This document shows, in pieces, positions 49,857-60,023 of a DNA stretch of 64,000 nucleotides. A model generated the notes under the pieces. The model worked only from the letters and a program-made list of their open reading frames with translations, was not told the origin of the DNA and ran no database searches. The position numbers and the translations under genes were made by a program. The first letter of the stretch is position 1. Every line of letters starts with the position of its first letter. Source of the DNA: Nitrospirota bacterium (GTDB lineage Bacteria; Nitrospirota; Nitrospiria; 2-01-FULL-66-17); contig JBMOMC010000043.1 of the NCBI GenBank assembly GCA_049325335.1, positions 66,202 through 130,201 of the forward strand. Reading direction: 5' to 3'.

Positions 49857-50627
49857 ATGTTTGAGTTCGTCGGCCGCGCGCTCGCGCGTTACCTGACCAA
49901 GCCGCATCGCCGTGGGGCGCAGGCCTCCACCAGCCGCCCGGGGGCGCTCGCGAGCGTGATTCGTAAGGGAGACGTGCTCTTGGTCGAGGGCAACAGCCGC
50001 GTCAGCGTGGCGATTAAATACTTGACGCAATCGAGCTGGTCCCATGCCGCGCTTTGCATCGGCGACGCGCTCGGGCCTCCGCAGCCTGAGGAGGACGCCA
50101 AGATACTGGTGGACGCGGATATGCTTGACGGGGTGCGGGCGATTCCGCTGAGCATGTATGCGGCATTGAATACCCGCGTGTGCCGGCCGGTGGGGTTGTC
50201 GGCGGCGGAGATCGACCGGGTGGTCGCGTTCGCGGTGTCGCGGGTGGGGTATCGCTACGACCTGAAGAACGTCTTTGACCTCACGCGGTACGTCCTGCGC
50301 ACGCCGCCGGTGCCGGCGCGGTTCCGCCGTCGGTTGCTGCGCCTGGGGAGCGGGGACCCCACCCGCGCGATCTGCTCGTCGCTGATCGCGCAGGCGTTCG
50401 AGTCGGTGCGATATCCGATCCTGCCCGAAGTGGTATTCGAGCGATCAGATGACCCCGCGTGCGTGGAGTGTTATCGCGAGGTGTTGCACATCCGACACCA
50501 CAGCCTGTTCGTGCCGAGGGATTTTGACGTGTCTCCGTATTTTCAGATCATCAAGCCGACGATCGAACGGGGATTCGATCCGCACGCAGTGACCTGGGAG
50601 TTGGCCGAGGACCCGGGCGCGTCGTGA
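49857..50627 (+). CDS. Permuted papain-like amidase (YiiX/YebB, C92 family)
   Basis: GDVLL, S.WSHA, G..YD, ICSSLIAQAF, P.DF. Confidence 0.85.
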   Translation: MFEFVGRALARYLTKPHRRGAQASTSRPGALASVIRKGDVLLVEGNSRVSVAIKYLTQSSWSHAALCIGDALGPPQPEEDAKILVDADMLDGVRAIPLSMYAALNTRVCRPVGLSAAEIDRVVAFAVSRVGYRYDLKNVFDLTRYVLRTPPVPARFRRRLLRLGSGDPTRAICSSLIAQAFESVRYPILPEVVFERSDDPACVECYREVLHIRHHSLFVPRDFDVSPYFQIIKPTIERGFDPHAVTWELAEDPGAS

Positions 50628-50639
50628 CAGTCCGCGGGG

Positions 50640-51458
50640 TTAGGGGATGCGGCCGGACTTGAGGGTTTCGACCGTGAACACCCGGTCGGCCGGACTCGTA
50701 TTCAGCGCGATGTCGCGCAGCTCCACGATGGTTTTCCCTGAGCCGTCCGCCGGCTGAATTTCGGTGCGTTTCCACACCCACGCGTCGCCGAGGCGCTCCC
50801 AGACGATGCGCTGGGTGCGGGCGAGGCGTCCGTCCGCATGGCGGTACTCGATTTTCCCGATCGTCCAATCCGCGGCGGAGATCCAGAAGCGGCGCAGCGG
50901 CAGCAGGTCGGCGCTGGCGCTGGAACGGTCTTCGAGGATCACGTGCGGGACCCCGTCCAGGACCTCTTTCCCGATCAGGGAGCCGGTAACGCCGGTGAGC
51001 CGGGTTCCGAGTTGTTCGAACCCCAGGTTCAGGTCCGCGGTCGAATCAGGGCCATGCGCGTGTTCGTCATGTCCGGCGACCGCCACCCGGCGGACCTGGC
51101 GTAAGTCGGGCAAGTACAACCATGCCTGCGACTCGTTGGCGCGCGCGGCCTGCCACAACAAGAAGCCTTCTCCACGTTTTTCCACCGGAGAAAGGGACAC
51201 CAGCAGGGTTTTCCCGAGCAGCCCGTTGTTGCCGACGAGGTTTTTCCAGTACAGCCGGTGCGTGCTCACGCGTTCCTCGCCGGACGCGGCGATGCGCCGG
51301 ATCTCCACCAGCGCGGTTTGATCCCGCACCGCGTCATCTTGCGCCATGACGCGCGCGACAATGTCTTCCACAATGACGTCGCCGGCTGCCGCCTGAGGAG
51401 GCGGTCCGATCGTCACGAGTGCGGCGACGAGCAAGGCGACACGTATGGGTAGTTTCAA
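50640..51458 (-). CDS. Outer-membrane lipoprotein-sorting (LolA-like) protein (start uncertain)
   Basis: W.YLP.LRQVRR motif, G.GFL; signal peptide. Confidence 0.75.
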   Translation of the reverse strand: MKLPIRVALLVAALVTIGPPPQAAAGDVIVEDIVARVMAQDDAVRDQTALVEIRRIAASGEERVSTHRLYWKNLVGNNGLLGKTLLVSLSPVEKRGEGFLLWQAARANESQAWLYLPDLRQVRRVAVAGHDEHAHGPDSTADLNLGFEQLGTRLTGVTGSLIGKEVLDGVPHVILEDRSSASADLLPLRRFWISAADWTIGKIEYRHADGRLARTQRIVWERLGDAWVWKRTEIQPADGSGKTIVELRDIALNTSPADRVFTVETLKSGRIP

Positions 51459-51612
51459 CGGATTCCCTCGCGCAAAGGCCAGTGGGCGCCGCGCGACCAC
51501 GGCGGCTGCGACGCGCCGTCCCGGAGGCCATCCGAACAGCACGGTCAAACGGGAGCCAGTGTAGGACGCTTGGGCCGTGGAGCGCAAGCCGTCGCGCGGG
51601 GATCGGCGGAGG

Positions 51613-52812
51613 TTACGCGGGCGCGCCGCCGGCCGGCTCGGTGCTCGGGGTCGCGGCCACGGGCTCCGTCATCGCGCCGGATGGATCGTCCGCGGGCGCC
51701 GGAGAGGTTGCTGGTGCTTGGGCCGTGAGGTGCTGCACGACGCGAACCCTGATCGATTGCGCCACGTACAAGTTCACCGAATCCGCGCCCGCCTGATCAG
51801 CCGCCTGCCCGACCAGCGCGTCCAGAAAGTGAGTGATCGTGTCGAACAAACTGGACGTCAGATGCCGCGCGCTCATCACGGCCGCGGAAATCTGTGACGC
51901 GGCGGCCTGCGCCACGGCATCCAGCGGCGATGCGCTGACTACGGGCGTCATGGGCGCGGGTGATCCGGCCGCGGGTGCGGGCGTGGGCGGTGCAACAGGA
52001 TCCGCCTTGGCGGAGGCGGCGCCCGCAACGTCGGGCGCCGGGGACGGCGGCGTCAACGGCGCAACCGTCGTGTCCGCGACCGGAGGTGCGCTGTCGGCGG
52101 GTGCGGTCATCGGCGAGGACGCCGGATCGGGTCCTGGTGCGGGCGCGTGCTCCGCCGCCTGCCGATAAAATGCGATTTGTTGCGTGACCTGATACGAACT
52201 CTTCACGCGCACGAGAAGATCCAGCGCGCCGGACGGCGCGGGCGCGCCCGTGCCGCCCGCGGTTTCCGACGGAACGGGATCACCCGCTTCGGCGGCCGGG
52301 GGCTCGGCCGGTGTCGGCGCGGGAACCACGTACGTGGCGCTCACCTTGCTCGAATAGGTCAAGGCCCCGGTGACCGCGGAGATGGAGTCGAGCCCGTCCA
52401 GGGCGCTCAACGACAACCCGGCCGCCGAGGCCCCGTCCGGTGCCGCGCTCATGGCGCGGTTGAAGACCTCTTCGATGGTGCCGAGAAGGCTGTCGATATC
52501 CGCGAGTTCCTGATCGCTCAAGGTGCCTTGGATGGAAAGACTGAACTGTTGTCTCAACGAGGCGCGGAGCACGGTGGTGCCGGCGTCGTCCCCGTAGCGA
52601 CCGCACCGATCATAGGTGCCGCAGGAGACGCGAAGCGATGAGCGCCCGGAGATCGTGACCACATCGCCTTCCGTGGTCAGCACGGTGAGCTGCGCCCCGA
52701 CCTTGGTTTTGAGTTTGGCCCGGATCGGGTCACCCAACAACGACGGGGCGCTGCCTGTTCCCGCTGCGGGGAGTGAGACGCTGGTTGTGGTCGGATCTGC
52801 GATGGTGCTCAT
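51613..52812 (-). CDS. Pro/Ala-rich hypothetical protein (DUF5610-like N-terminal part)
   Basis: TTEGDVVTIS...QGTLSDQELADI; GGAGG RBS; sigma28 promoter upstream. Confidence 0.6.
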   Translation of the reverse strand: MSTIADPTTTSVSLPAAGTGSAPSLLGDPIRAKLKTKVGAQLTVLTTEGDVVTISGRSSLRVSCGTYDRCGRYGDDAGTTVLRASLRQQFSLSIQGTLSDQELADIDSLLGTIEEVFNRAMSAAPDGASAAGLSLSALDGLDSISAVTGALTYSSKVSATYVVPAPTPAEPPAAEAGDPVPSETAGGTGAPAPSGALDLLVRVKSSYQVTQQIAFYRQAAEHAPAPGPDPASSPMTAPADSAPPVADTTVAPLTPPSPAPDVAGAASAKADPVAPPTPAPAAGSPAPMTPVVSASPLDAVAQAAASQISAAVMSARHLTSSLFDTITHFLDALVGQAADQAGADSVNLYVAQSIRVRVVQHLTAQAPATSPAPADDPSGAMTEPVAATPSTEPAGGAPA

Positions 52813-52858
52813 GGCGTGCCCTCCGTGGTCGCCGGTTGCGCGGATGGTCCTGCTCTCT

Positions 52859-52885
52859 TTATCGGAGGCGGGAGGAAAAACTTGA
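52859..52885 (-). promoter_or_regulatory. Sigma28 (FliA)-type promoter
   Basis: Minus strand TCAAGTTT-N11-TCCGATAA. Confidence 0.72.
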
Positions 52886-52905
52886 GGACGAAGCGGGATC
52901 GAACG

Positions 52906-53655
52906 CTAGAACGAGTACGTGACGCTGAAAATCATGCCGATGAACGTGTCGGAATCGTCACTTGAGCTATCCGCAAACCGTTGGTACTTGTACGCTTCGG
53001 CGATCGTGACCGGCCACGTCTGGAGTCGGTACGCGACACCGATTTCACCGGAAGGACCGCCGAACGAACTCGTGGCGCTCCCGGTGTTCCGCTGGAGGAA
53101 CACGTAGGTGGCGTTGCCGTACAACGCGAACCGAGTGCGCCCGAGCGCGTAACTTCCTAAGGCGCCGATAAACGGGCCGGATGACGTGACGTTGCTGCGC
53201 GTGCCGGACCCACTGGCGCTTGTCTGGGGCGGGGTGAAGTAGTCGTAGGTGACCTGCTTGTACCCGGCGATTGCCCCGAAATTTGGCGTCAGGTAGTACC
53301 CCGTGGTCAGGTCAAGATCCGTACGCGTGGCAACGATGGGCGCGTCATTCACCCCGACGGGACTGGTCGTGAGGTCGATCTGTGTGTATGGGAACAACAT
53401 TTCGCCGGTGAAATACGTTGCACCAACAAAAGCCTTCTTGTACCGCGCGATGGCCACGGGTCCATACATCACACCCAGGAAAGATCGAAGCTCTCCGCTA
53501 CTGTTCACGGCAACCCAGTCAGCCGCCCATGCCTTGACTCCCACGGAGTACCGGATCGGTTCGGCCCGGCTGAGGGACGAGGTGATGACGACGAGCGTAA
53601 CCACCGTGAGTAGTTGGATCCAGAGTATCACGCGATTCACGATCACTCTCCTCAT
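52906..53655 (-). CDS. Outer-membrane beta-barrel protein
   Basis: Signal peptide, aromatic-rich alternating strands, ends in VTYSF. Confidence 0.7.
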   Translation of the reverse strand: MRRVIVNRVILWIQLLTVVTLVVITSSLSRAEPIRYSVGVKAWAADWVAVNSSGELRSFLGVMYGPVAIARYKKAFVGATYFTGEMLFPYTQIDLTTSPVGVNDAPIVATRTDLDLTTGYYLTPNFGAIAGYKQVTYDYFTPPQTSASGSGTRSNVTSSGPFIGALGSYALGRTRFALYGNATYVFLQRNTGSATSSFGGPSGEIGVAYRLQTWPVTIAEAYKYQRFADSSSDDSDTFIGMIFSVTYSF

Positions 53656-53661
53656 CGAGAA

Positions 53662-55350
53662 TTAGGGTAGCAGCGGAAGCGGGGCGTCCTCGTGGATCGG
53701 AGGTGTCACCGGTGAGGCGGTGGTGGTCGGCGGCGTCACACGCGCCGGAACCGGCGGTGCGGTCGGTATGGGTTTGGCTTGTAATACCGGTTTAGGCGCA
53801 CTGGCCACCGGGCGACTCGTGGTGGATGGCGTGCTCGACGTGGCCGCGGCCGGCCGCGGGACAGTCGGGGTCGTAGCCGCGGCCTCACGCGTGGTCACGG
53901 GAACATCCCGGGCCGCGGCCTTTGCCCGCACGATGTCCCGCACGCGTTTGGGACGTTTGGCGGGCGCGGGAGACACGGTTTCGGTTGCCGGTACGTCGGG
54001 CTCCGGCGGCGTGGTAACCAGGTCCACGGATGGTTCGTCAGCGGTCGCGTTGATAGGCGGCTCCTCGATCAATGGGGCCGTTGTCGCAACCGACTGCGCG
54101 GGCGGTTCAACAATCGGCTGGGCGATCGGTTCGGGGGCCAATGCCGCCGGCGCGGCGGTTGGTTCCACGGTCGAAGGTCGTTTGAGCGACCAGGCGCCGA
54201 CCGCGGTCAACGCGATCAACGCGACCACGCCCAGTCCGATCACGGCCTGTCGCCCTCGGCCGGCGGGTTTCGGCGGTGGAACCGGGGCCGAGACCGGCTG
54301 CGGTTTCGGCATGGCGCGAGCCGGTTCAGCGGGCGTCTCGGGCGTCGGCCGTTTCACGGTCGGCGTGGCCGTGGTCTTGGTGACCGTGGTGACCTGTTGA
54401 TACGCCGCGGTATCGGTCTCGATGTCCTTTTCAAACAGCGTCCGCACGTACTCGGCCAGCTCCCGCGCGCTCGGTGGAGCGGCGAGACGGCGCAGGTAGT
54501 TCTGGAGCGCGTCTTCGAACGCCTGGCCGTGCGGATACCGATCATCCGGTTGTTTGGCCAGGGCTTTGAGCACCACCGCGTCCAACTCCGGCGGGACCTG
54601 GGTGTTCACGCGCGACGGTGGGGTCACGTCCGCGGTCCGTACGCGCTCCAGCGTGCTGAATTCGTTCTCGGCCTTGAACAGGCGCTGCCCGGTCAACATT
54701 TCGTGCAACACGATGCCGAGCGCAAAGAGGTCCGAGCGGTGGTCGATGGTTTTGCCCCAGGCCTGTTCCGGCGAGAGGTACGCGAGTTTGCCTTTGAGCA
54801 CGCCGGTCTGCGTGTGGGTGGACGAGGACCCGGCCTTGGCGATCCCGAAGTCCACCAATTTCACGTCCCCGTTGTACCCGATCAAGATGTTCTGCGGACT
54901 GATATCGCGGTGGATGATCCCGAGCGCGGCGCCGGAAGCCGTGGCGCCGCGATAGGCGTGATCGAGCCCCGCCGCGATCCGTGCCGTGACGTACGCGGCC
55001 GCGGAGACCGGGACGGGTTTGCCGAGCTTGTGGCTCTGGGCCAGGACAGCCGCGAGGCTCTTGCCCATCACGTATTCCATCGCGATGTAGTAGGTGCCGA
55101 GCACCGCGCCGAAGTCATAGATCTGGACCACGTTGGGATGCGTAATTTGGGCCGCGAGTTTGGCCTCGTTCACGAACATCTGCACGAACTCGCGGTCTTC
55201 GGTGAGGTGCGGTAGGATCCGCTTGATGGCGACCACGCGTTCGAATCCGGCCACGCCGGTCTGGCGCGCCAGGTACAGCTCGGCCATGCCGCCGCGGCCG
55301 ATCTTCTTCAATAAATGGTACGGTCCGAACCGTTCCGGAGTGGTCACCAC
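53662..55350 (-). CDS. Membrane Ser/Thr protein kinase with a Pro-rich tail
   Basis: GRGGMA, AIKR, HRDISPQN, DFG, YLSPEQ; TM helix. Confidence 0.93.
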   Translation of the reverse strand: MVTTPERFGPYHLLKKIGRGGMAELYLARQTGVAGFERVVAIKRILPHLTEDREFVQMFVNEAKLAAQITHPNVVQIYDFGAVLGTYYIAMEYVMGKSLAAVLAQSHKLGKPVPVSAAAYVTARIAAGLDHAYRGATASGAALGIIHRDISPQNILIGYNGDVKLVDFGIAKAGSSSTHTQTGVLKGKLAYLSPEQAWGKTIDHRSDLFALGIVLHEMLTGQRLFKAENEFSTLERVRTADVTPPSRVNTQVPPELDAVVLKALAKQPDDRYPHGQAFEDALQNYLRRLAAPPSARELAEYVRTLFEKDIETDTAAYQQVTTVTKTTATPTVKRPTPETPAEPARAMPKPQPVSAPVPPPKPAGRGRQAVIGLGVVALIALTAVGAWSLKRPSTVEPTAAPAALAPEPIAQPIVEPPAQSVATTAPLIEEPPINATADEPSVDLVTTPPEPDVPATETVSPAPAKRPKRVRDIVRAKAAARDVPVTTREAAATTPTVPRPAAATSSTPSTTSRPVASAPKPVLQAKPIPTAPPVPARVTPPTTTASPVTPPIHEDAPLPLLP

Positions 55351-55475
55351 GCCTCCCTGCTTCGGGACGGTGAGTAAGAATAGCACACGATTTTTAAACG
55401 TCTTGTTCCCCTTGATCGCACCATGGGGCGCGTCTACAATGCCGCGGATTCCATTCGTTCGTACAGGGGGGACCT

Positions 55476-55817
55476 ATGCCTATCACGCTCCAGACCGTAC
55501 TCCTCCTCACGCTCTCGAACGTCTTCATGACCTTCGCGTGGTATGCCCACCTCAAAAATCTGAGCGGCCATCCCTGGTACATCGCGGCCCTAGTCAGTTG
55601 GGGGATCGCGTTGTTCGAGTATCTGCTGCAGGTGCCCGCCAATCGCATTGGATACCAGGCGTTGAGTCTGGCGCAGCTCAAGATTCTCCAAGAAGTGATT
55701 ACGTTGGTCGTGTTCGTCCCGTTTGCAATGTGGTTCATGGGACAGCCCCTGAAATGGAACTTCCTCTGGGCGGGGTGCTGCCTGGTGGGCGCGGTGTACT
55801 TTATGTTCAAAGGGTGA
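55476..55817 (+). CDS. DMT-family (DUF486) membrane protein
   Basis: SNVFMTFAWYAHLK, EY.LQVPANRIG, QLKI.QE. Confidence 0.9.
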   Translation: MPITLQTVLLLTLSNVFMTFAWYAHLKNLSGHPWYIAALVSWGIALFEYLLQVPANRIGYQALSLAQLKILQEVITLVVFVPFAMWFMGQPLKWNFLWAGCCLVGAVYFMFKG

Positions 55818-55889
55818 GTGCGCGGGGCGCGTTGCCTTGACCGGTTTGCGTTGATCGTGCGAAGATGCGGCGCTTTGGGGGGGCGGATT

Positions 55890-56645
55890 GTGCGGTATTT
55901 GCGCGTAGCGCAGCAGGATGGGGCGACGTACGGGCGGCTCGACGGCGACGTCATTCGCTTGATCGAGGGCGACTTGTTCGGGGCGTATCGGGTCACCGAG
56001 CGAACCGTGCCGCTGGCGTCGGCGCGGCTGTTGACGCCCTGTGTGCCGACCAAAATCGTGGCCATCGGCGTCAACTACAAAGATCACGCCGCGGAGTTCA
56101 AGAAAGATTTGCCGGAGGAACCGTTGATGTTCCTCAAGCCCCCGAGCGCGCTGCTGGCGCCGGAGGAGGCGATCGTGTATCCGGAAGGCATGACGCGCCG
56201 GATGGACTTTGAGGGTGAACTCGCGGTGGTGATCCGCAAGCGCATACGTCACGCCACGATGGAACAGGCCGCGGCCGCGATTTTGGGCTACACCTGCTGC
56301 AACGACGTCACGGCGCGTGATCTACAGAAAAAAGACGGGCAGTGGAGCCGGGCCAAGGGGTTCGATACATTCTGCCCGTTGGGGCCGGTGATCGCCACCG
56401 AGCTCGACCCGTCGCAGTTGCGGATTGAAACGCGGCTCAATGGGGAGGTCAAACAGGACGCGCCGGTGTCGGCCATGATTTTCGACGTGCCCACGCTGAT
56501 CAGCCGCGTATCCGCGGTGATGAGCCTGATGCCCGGCGACGTGATCACCACGGGCACGCCGTCCGGGGTGGGGCCGATGAAGCCGGGCGACGTGGTCGAG
56601 GTGCGTATCGAGGGGATCGGTACGTTGCGCAATCGAGTAGTGTAA
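55890..56645 (+). CDS. Fumarylacetoacetate hydrolase-family protein
   Basis: G.NY.DH, FLKP, EGELAVVI, NDVTARD, TGTP.GVG. Confidence 0.92.
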   Translation: MRYLRVAQQDGATYGRLDGDVIRLIEGDLFGAYRVTERTVPLASARLLTPCVPTKIVAIGVNYKDHAAEFKKDLPEEPLMFLKPPSALLAPEEAIVYPEGMTRRMDFEGELAVVIRKRIRHATMEQAAAAILGYTCCNDVTARDLQKKDGQWSRAKGFDTFCPLGPVIATELDPSQLRIETRLNGEVKQDAPVSAMIFDVPTLISRVSAVMSLMPGDVITTGTPSGVGPMKPGDVVEVRIEGIGTLRNRVV

Positions 56646-56672
56646 CGAGTTCACGCGAGCACGAGGAACCGT

Positions 56673-57908
56673 ATGGCTGCATCCTATATTCAGAAAACGT
56701 TTGCCGAGCGAATCGGCGGGGCCAGGTTCGGCAAATCCACCAAGATCTACAAGTTCGAGAAGATCAAACGCGCCAAAGCCGCTGCGCAGAAGGCGCACCC
56801 CGGCGTTGAGTTGCTCGACTTCGGGGTGGGTGAGCCGGATGACATGGCGTTTCCGGGCGTGGTCGAGGCGCTCCAGCGCGAGGCCGCGCGGTGGGAGAAC
56901 CGCGGGTACGCGGACAACGGGATCGCGGAGTTCAAAGATGCCGCGGCGCGTTATCTGGATCGCGTGTTCGGCTCGTCGGGCATTGACCCGCCGACCGAGG
57001 TGATCCATTCGATCGGCTCCAAGCCTGCGTTGGCCATGCTCCCGGCGTGTTTTATCAATCCGGGCGACGTGGCGATCGTCACCGTGCCCGGGTATCCGGT
57101 GATGGCCACGCATACCAAGTGGTACGGCGGACGCGTGGTCGAGCTGCCGCTCACACAGGAACGCAATTACCTGCCGGACCTCGGCGCACTCAAGGCGTCG
57201 GATCTCAAGCGGGCCAAACTCTTGTACCTGAATTACCCCAACAATCCCACGGGCGCGTCCGCGACCCGCGAGTTCTATCAAGACGTCATCAAGTTCGCAA
57301 AAAGACACAAACTGATCGTGGTGGTCGATGCGGCCTACGCGTCCCTGACATACGGCGAGACGCCGTTCAGTTTTTTGTCGCTCCCTGGAGCCAAGGACGT
57401 GGGTGTTGAACTGCATTCATTGTCCAAGGCGTACAATATGACGGGCTGGCGCCTTGGGTTTGTCGCGGGTAATCCCCTGGTCGTGTCCGCGTTCGGCATG
57501 GTCAAGGACAACTGCGACTCGGGGCAGTTCAAGGCGATCCAGCGCGCGGGCATCCACGCGTTGGAGCACCCCGAGATCACGGCCGCAATCGGCCGCAAGT
57601 ACGAGCGCCGATTGCGCCGCATGGTGGACGCGCTCGGTGCGGTGGGATTCGACGTGACCATGCCGCGCGGCTCGTTCTTTCTGTATACGCGAGCGCCCAA
57701 AGGGGTCACCGGCGGTCGGAAATTCAAGAGTGCGGAGGACGTCTCGGAGTTTTTGATCACGGAGAAATTGATCTCCACGGTGCCGTGGGACGACGTGGGT
57801 CGGTATCTGCGGTTCTCCGCCACGTTCTTGGCGAAGGATGAAACGGACGAGCGGCGGGTGCTGGATGAGTTGAAGAGTCGGCTGTCGGATTTGGGATTAA
57901 TGTTTTGA
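56673..57908 (+). CDS. dapL: LL-diaminopimelate aminotransferase
   Basis: NYPNNPTG, DAAY, HSLSK.YNMTGWR, DSGQF; gene context. Confidence 0.85.
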   Translation: MAASYIQKTFAERIGGARFGKSTKIYKFEKIKRAKAAAQKAHPGVELLDFGVGEPDDMAFPGVVEALQREAARWENRGYADNGIAEFKDAAARYLDRVFGSSGIDPPTEVIHSIGSKPALAMLPACFINPGDVAIVTVPGYPVMATHTKWYGGRVVELPLTQERNYLPDLGALKASDLKRAKLLYLNYPNNPTGASATREFYQDVIKFAKRHKLIVVVDAAYASLTYGETPFSFLSLPGAKDVGVELHSLSKAYNMTGWRLGFVAGNPLVVSAFGMVKDNCDSGQFKAIQRAGIHALEHPEITAAIGRKYERRLRRMVDALGAVGFDVTMPRGSFFLYTRAPKGVTGGRKFKSAEDVSEFLITEKLISTVPWDDVGRYLRFSATFLAKDETDERRVLDELKSRLSDLGLMF

Positions 57909-57943
57909 GGGTGCATTCTCGGGAGCCATTGACGGTCTGGCAG

Positions 57944-57971
57944 GTAGGGGCGCACGGCCGTGCGCCCCTAC
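57944..57971. repeat. GTAG-type REP, perfect 28-bp palindrome
   Basis: GTAGGGGCGCACGGCCGTGCGCCCCTAC. Confidence 0.8.
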
Positions 57972-57978
57972 AACGGCG

Positions 57979-58497
57979 ATGACCACAGCAATTCGGGCGT
58001 ACATCGGCATCGGGTCGAACGTGGGCGATCGGTTCGCACACTGTTTGGCCGCGGTCGAGGCGCTCAATCGCTTGGGCGGGACCCGGGTAATGGCCTGCTC
58101 GCGCTGGTACGAAACCGAGCCGGTTGGCGAAGTGGCGCAGGACTGGTTCCTGAACGGGGCGGTGGGCGTCGATACCGCGTTGTCGCCACACGAGTTGCTG
58201 GCGCGCTGTCGGGACATCGAAGGCACGCGCGGCCGGGACCGCGCGCGAGAAATTCCTCGCGGCCCGCGCCCCTTGGACCTGGACATCCTGTTGTTCGGGG
58301 ATCAAGTCATTACCACGCCCGACCTCCGCGTTCCCCACCCGCGCATGACGGAGCGCGCGTTCGTGCTGGTTCCGCTGGATGACATTGCGCCGCGCGCCAT
58401 GCATCCCGCGTTCACACGGACCATCGGTGAGTTGCGCGCCGCGCTCGTCGACACTCACCAGATACGGTTGTATGAGGCGGTGCCTCGGTCCGCGTGA
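57979..58497 (+). CDS. folK: 6-hydroxymethyl-7,8-dihydropterin pyrophosphokinase
   Basis: IGSN.GD, GPR.LDLDIL, PHPRM.ER.FVL.PL. Confidence 0.95.
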   Translation: MTTAIRAYIGIGSNVGDRFAHCLAAVEALNRLGGTRVMACSRWYETEPVGEVAQDWFLNGAVGVDTALSPHELLARCRDIEGTRGRDRAREIPRGPRPLDLDILLFGDQVITTPDLRVPHPRMTERAFVLVPLDDIAPRAMHPAFTRTIGELRAALVDTHQIRLYEAVPRSA

Positions 58498-58518
58498 CCG
58501 GGGTCGTTCGATCGAGGG

Positions 58519-59151
58519 ATGGAGCCGAAGTACCTGGTGGTGGAAGGGCCGATCGGCGTTGGGAAGACCAGCCTGGTCACGCTGCTCGCGGAACAGCTCA
58601 ACGGCACCGCGATCCTGGAGGAATCCGAGAATAACCCGTTTCTGGTCCGGTTTTACCGCGATCAGCGGCGGTGGGCGTTCCAGACCCAGTTGTTCTTTCT
58701 GCTGTCGCGGTATCGGCAGCAGGACGAAATGGCGCAGCACGACCTGTTTTCCAGCGTCACCATCACCGACGTATTCCTACCCAAGGATCGGATCTTCGCC
58801 GTGCTGAACCTCACCCCGGACGAGATGGTGCTCTACGACCAAGTCTACGGGTTGCTGCGCAGCCGGTTGCCCAAGCCGGATCTGGTGATCTACCTGCACG
58901 CGGAGACCGACGCGCTCATGCGGCGGGTGAAACAACGGGGCCGGGAGTACGAGAAAGACATCACGTGGGAGTACCTCGACGAACTCGGCCGGGCGTATAA
59001 CGAGTTTTTCTTCTCATACAACGACACGCCGTTGCTGGTGATTCAAACCACGGATATCGACTTCGTGAACAATCCGAGCGACCTCTCGGACCTGATTCGG
59101 CAAATCCGCCAGATGAAGGGCGGGGTGCAATACTATGTGCCGGCGGGGTGA
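58519..59151 (+). CDS. Deoxynucleoside kinase
   Basis: EGPIGVGKT, NPFL..FY, PDLVIYL, RGR.YE. Confidence 0.92.
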   Translation: MEPKYLVVEGPIGVGKTSLVTLLAEQLNGTAILEESENNPFLVRFYRDQRRWAFQTQLFFLLSRYRQQDEMAQHDLFSSVTITDVFLPKDRIFAVLNLTPDEMVLYDQVYGLLRSRLPKPDLVIYLHAETDALMRRVKQRGREYEKDITWEYLDELGRAYNEFFFSYNDTPLLVIQTTDIDFVNNPSDLSDLIRQIRQMKGGVQYYVPAG

Positions 59152-60023
59152 GTGCGCCTGATCGGGTCGTGTTGACGCTGCCCACGGCCGCGGACATGCG
59201 ACGTTGGTCGGATGCGGAACGTCGCGCGGGCCGAACCATCGGATTCGTGCCCACCATGGGCGCGCTCCATCACGGGCACGCCAGCCTCATACGCGCGGCC
59301 CGGACCGCATGCGATCGGGTCGTGGTCAGCATCTTTGTGAATCCCACCCAGTTCGGGCCCACCGAAGATTTCGGCCGGTATCCGAGAACGTTCGACGCCG
59401 ACCGCGCCCTGTGCGAACGCGACGGCGCGGACGCGGTGTTCGCGCCGTCGGTCGAGGACATGTACCCGCCGGGCGGCGAGACCTTCGTAGACGTCGGGCC
59501 GCTTGGTGCGGTCCTGTGCGGGGCCTCGCGCCCAGGGCATTTTCGCGGCGTGGCCACGGTCGTCGCCAAACTGTTCGCCATCGTCACACCCCATCGGGCC
59601 TATTTTGGACAAAAAGACTACCAACAGACCGTGGTGATCAGGCGGCTGGCCCTGGATCTCCGGCTGGGTATTGATATTGTGGTCTGCCCCACGGTGCGGG
59701 ATGCCGACGGCCTGGCGGCCAGTTCCCGCAACGCGTATCTCACGCCTGAGGAACGAAAACTCGCGCTCCAGGTGCCCGCGGCATTGGCTGAAGCCGGCCG
59801 GCTGATCGCGGCCGGGGAGCGATCGGGCGGGAAGATTCGGCACGCGCTGGAGGTCTTCCTGACGAATGCGCCAGGGGTCCGCGTGGACTACGCGGCCGTG
59901 GTGCATCCGGACACGCTGCAGCCGCTGGAGCGGCTGGCCGGCCGGGTGGTCGTAGCGCTGGCCGTGCGGGTGGGCAACACGCGCTTGATCGACAACGGGG
60001 TATTCGAGGTACACGATGCGTAA
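59148..60023 (+). CDS. panC: Pantoate-beta-alanine ligase
   Basis: VPTMGALH.GH, SRPGHF.GV, FGQKD.QQ, RLIDN. Confidence 0.96.
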   Translation: MSAPDRVVLTLPTAADMRRWSDAERRAGRTIGFVPTMGALHHGHASLIRAARTACDRVVVSIFVNPTQFGPTEDFGRYPRTFDADRALCERDGADAVFAPSVEDMYPPGGETFVDVGPLGAVLCGASRPGHFRGVATVVAKLFAIVTPHRAYFGQKDYQQTVVIRRLALDLRLGIDIVVCPTVRDADGLAASSRNAYLTPEERKLALQVPAALAEAGRLIAAGERSGGKIRHALEVFLTNAPGVRVDYAAVVHPDTLQPLERLAGRVVVALAVRVGNTRLIDNGVFEVHDA

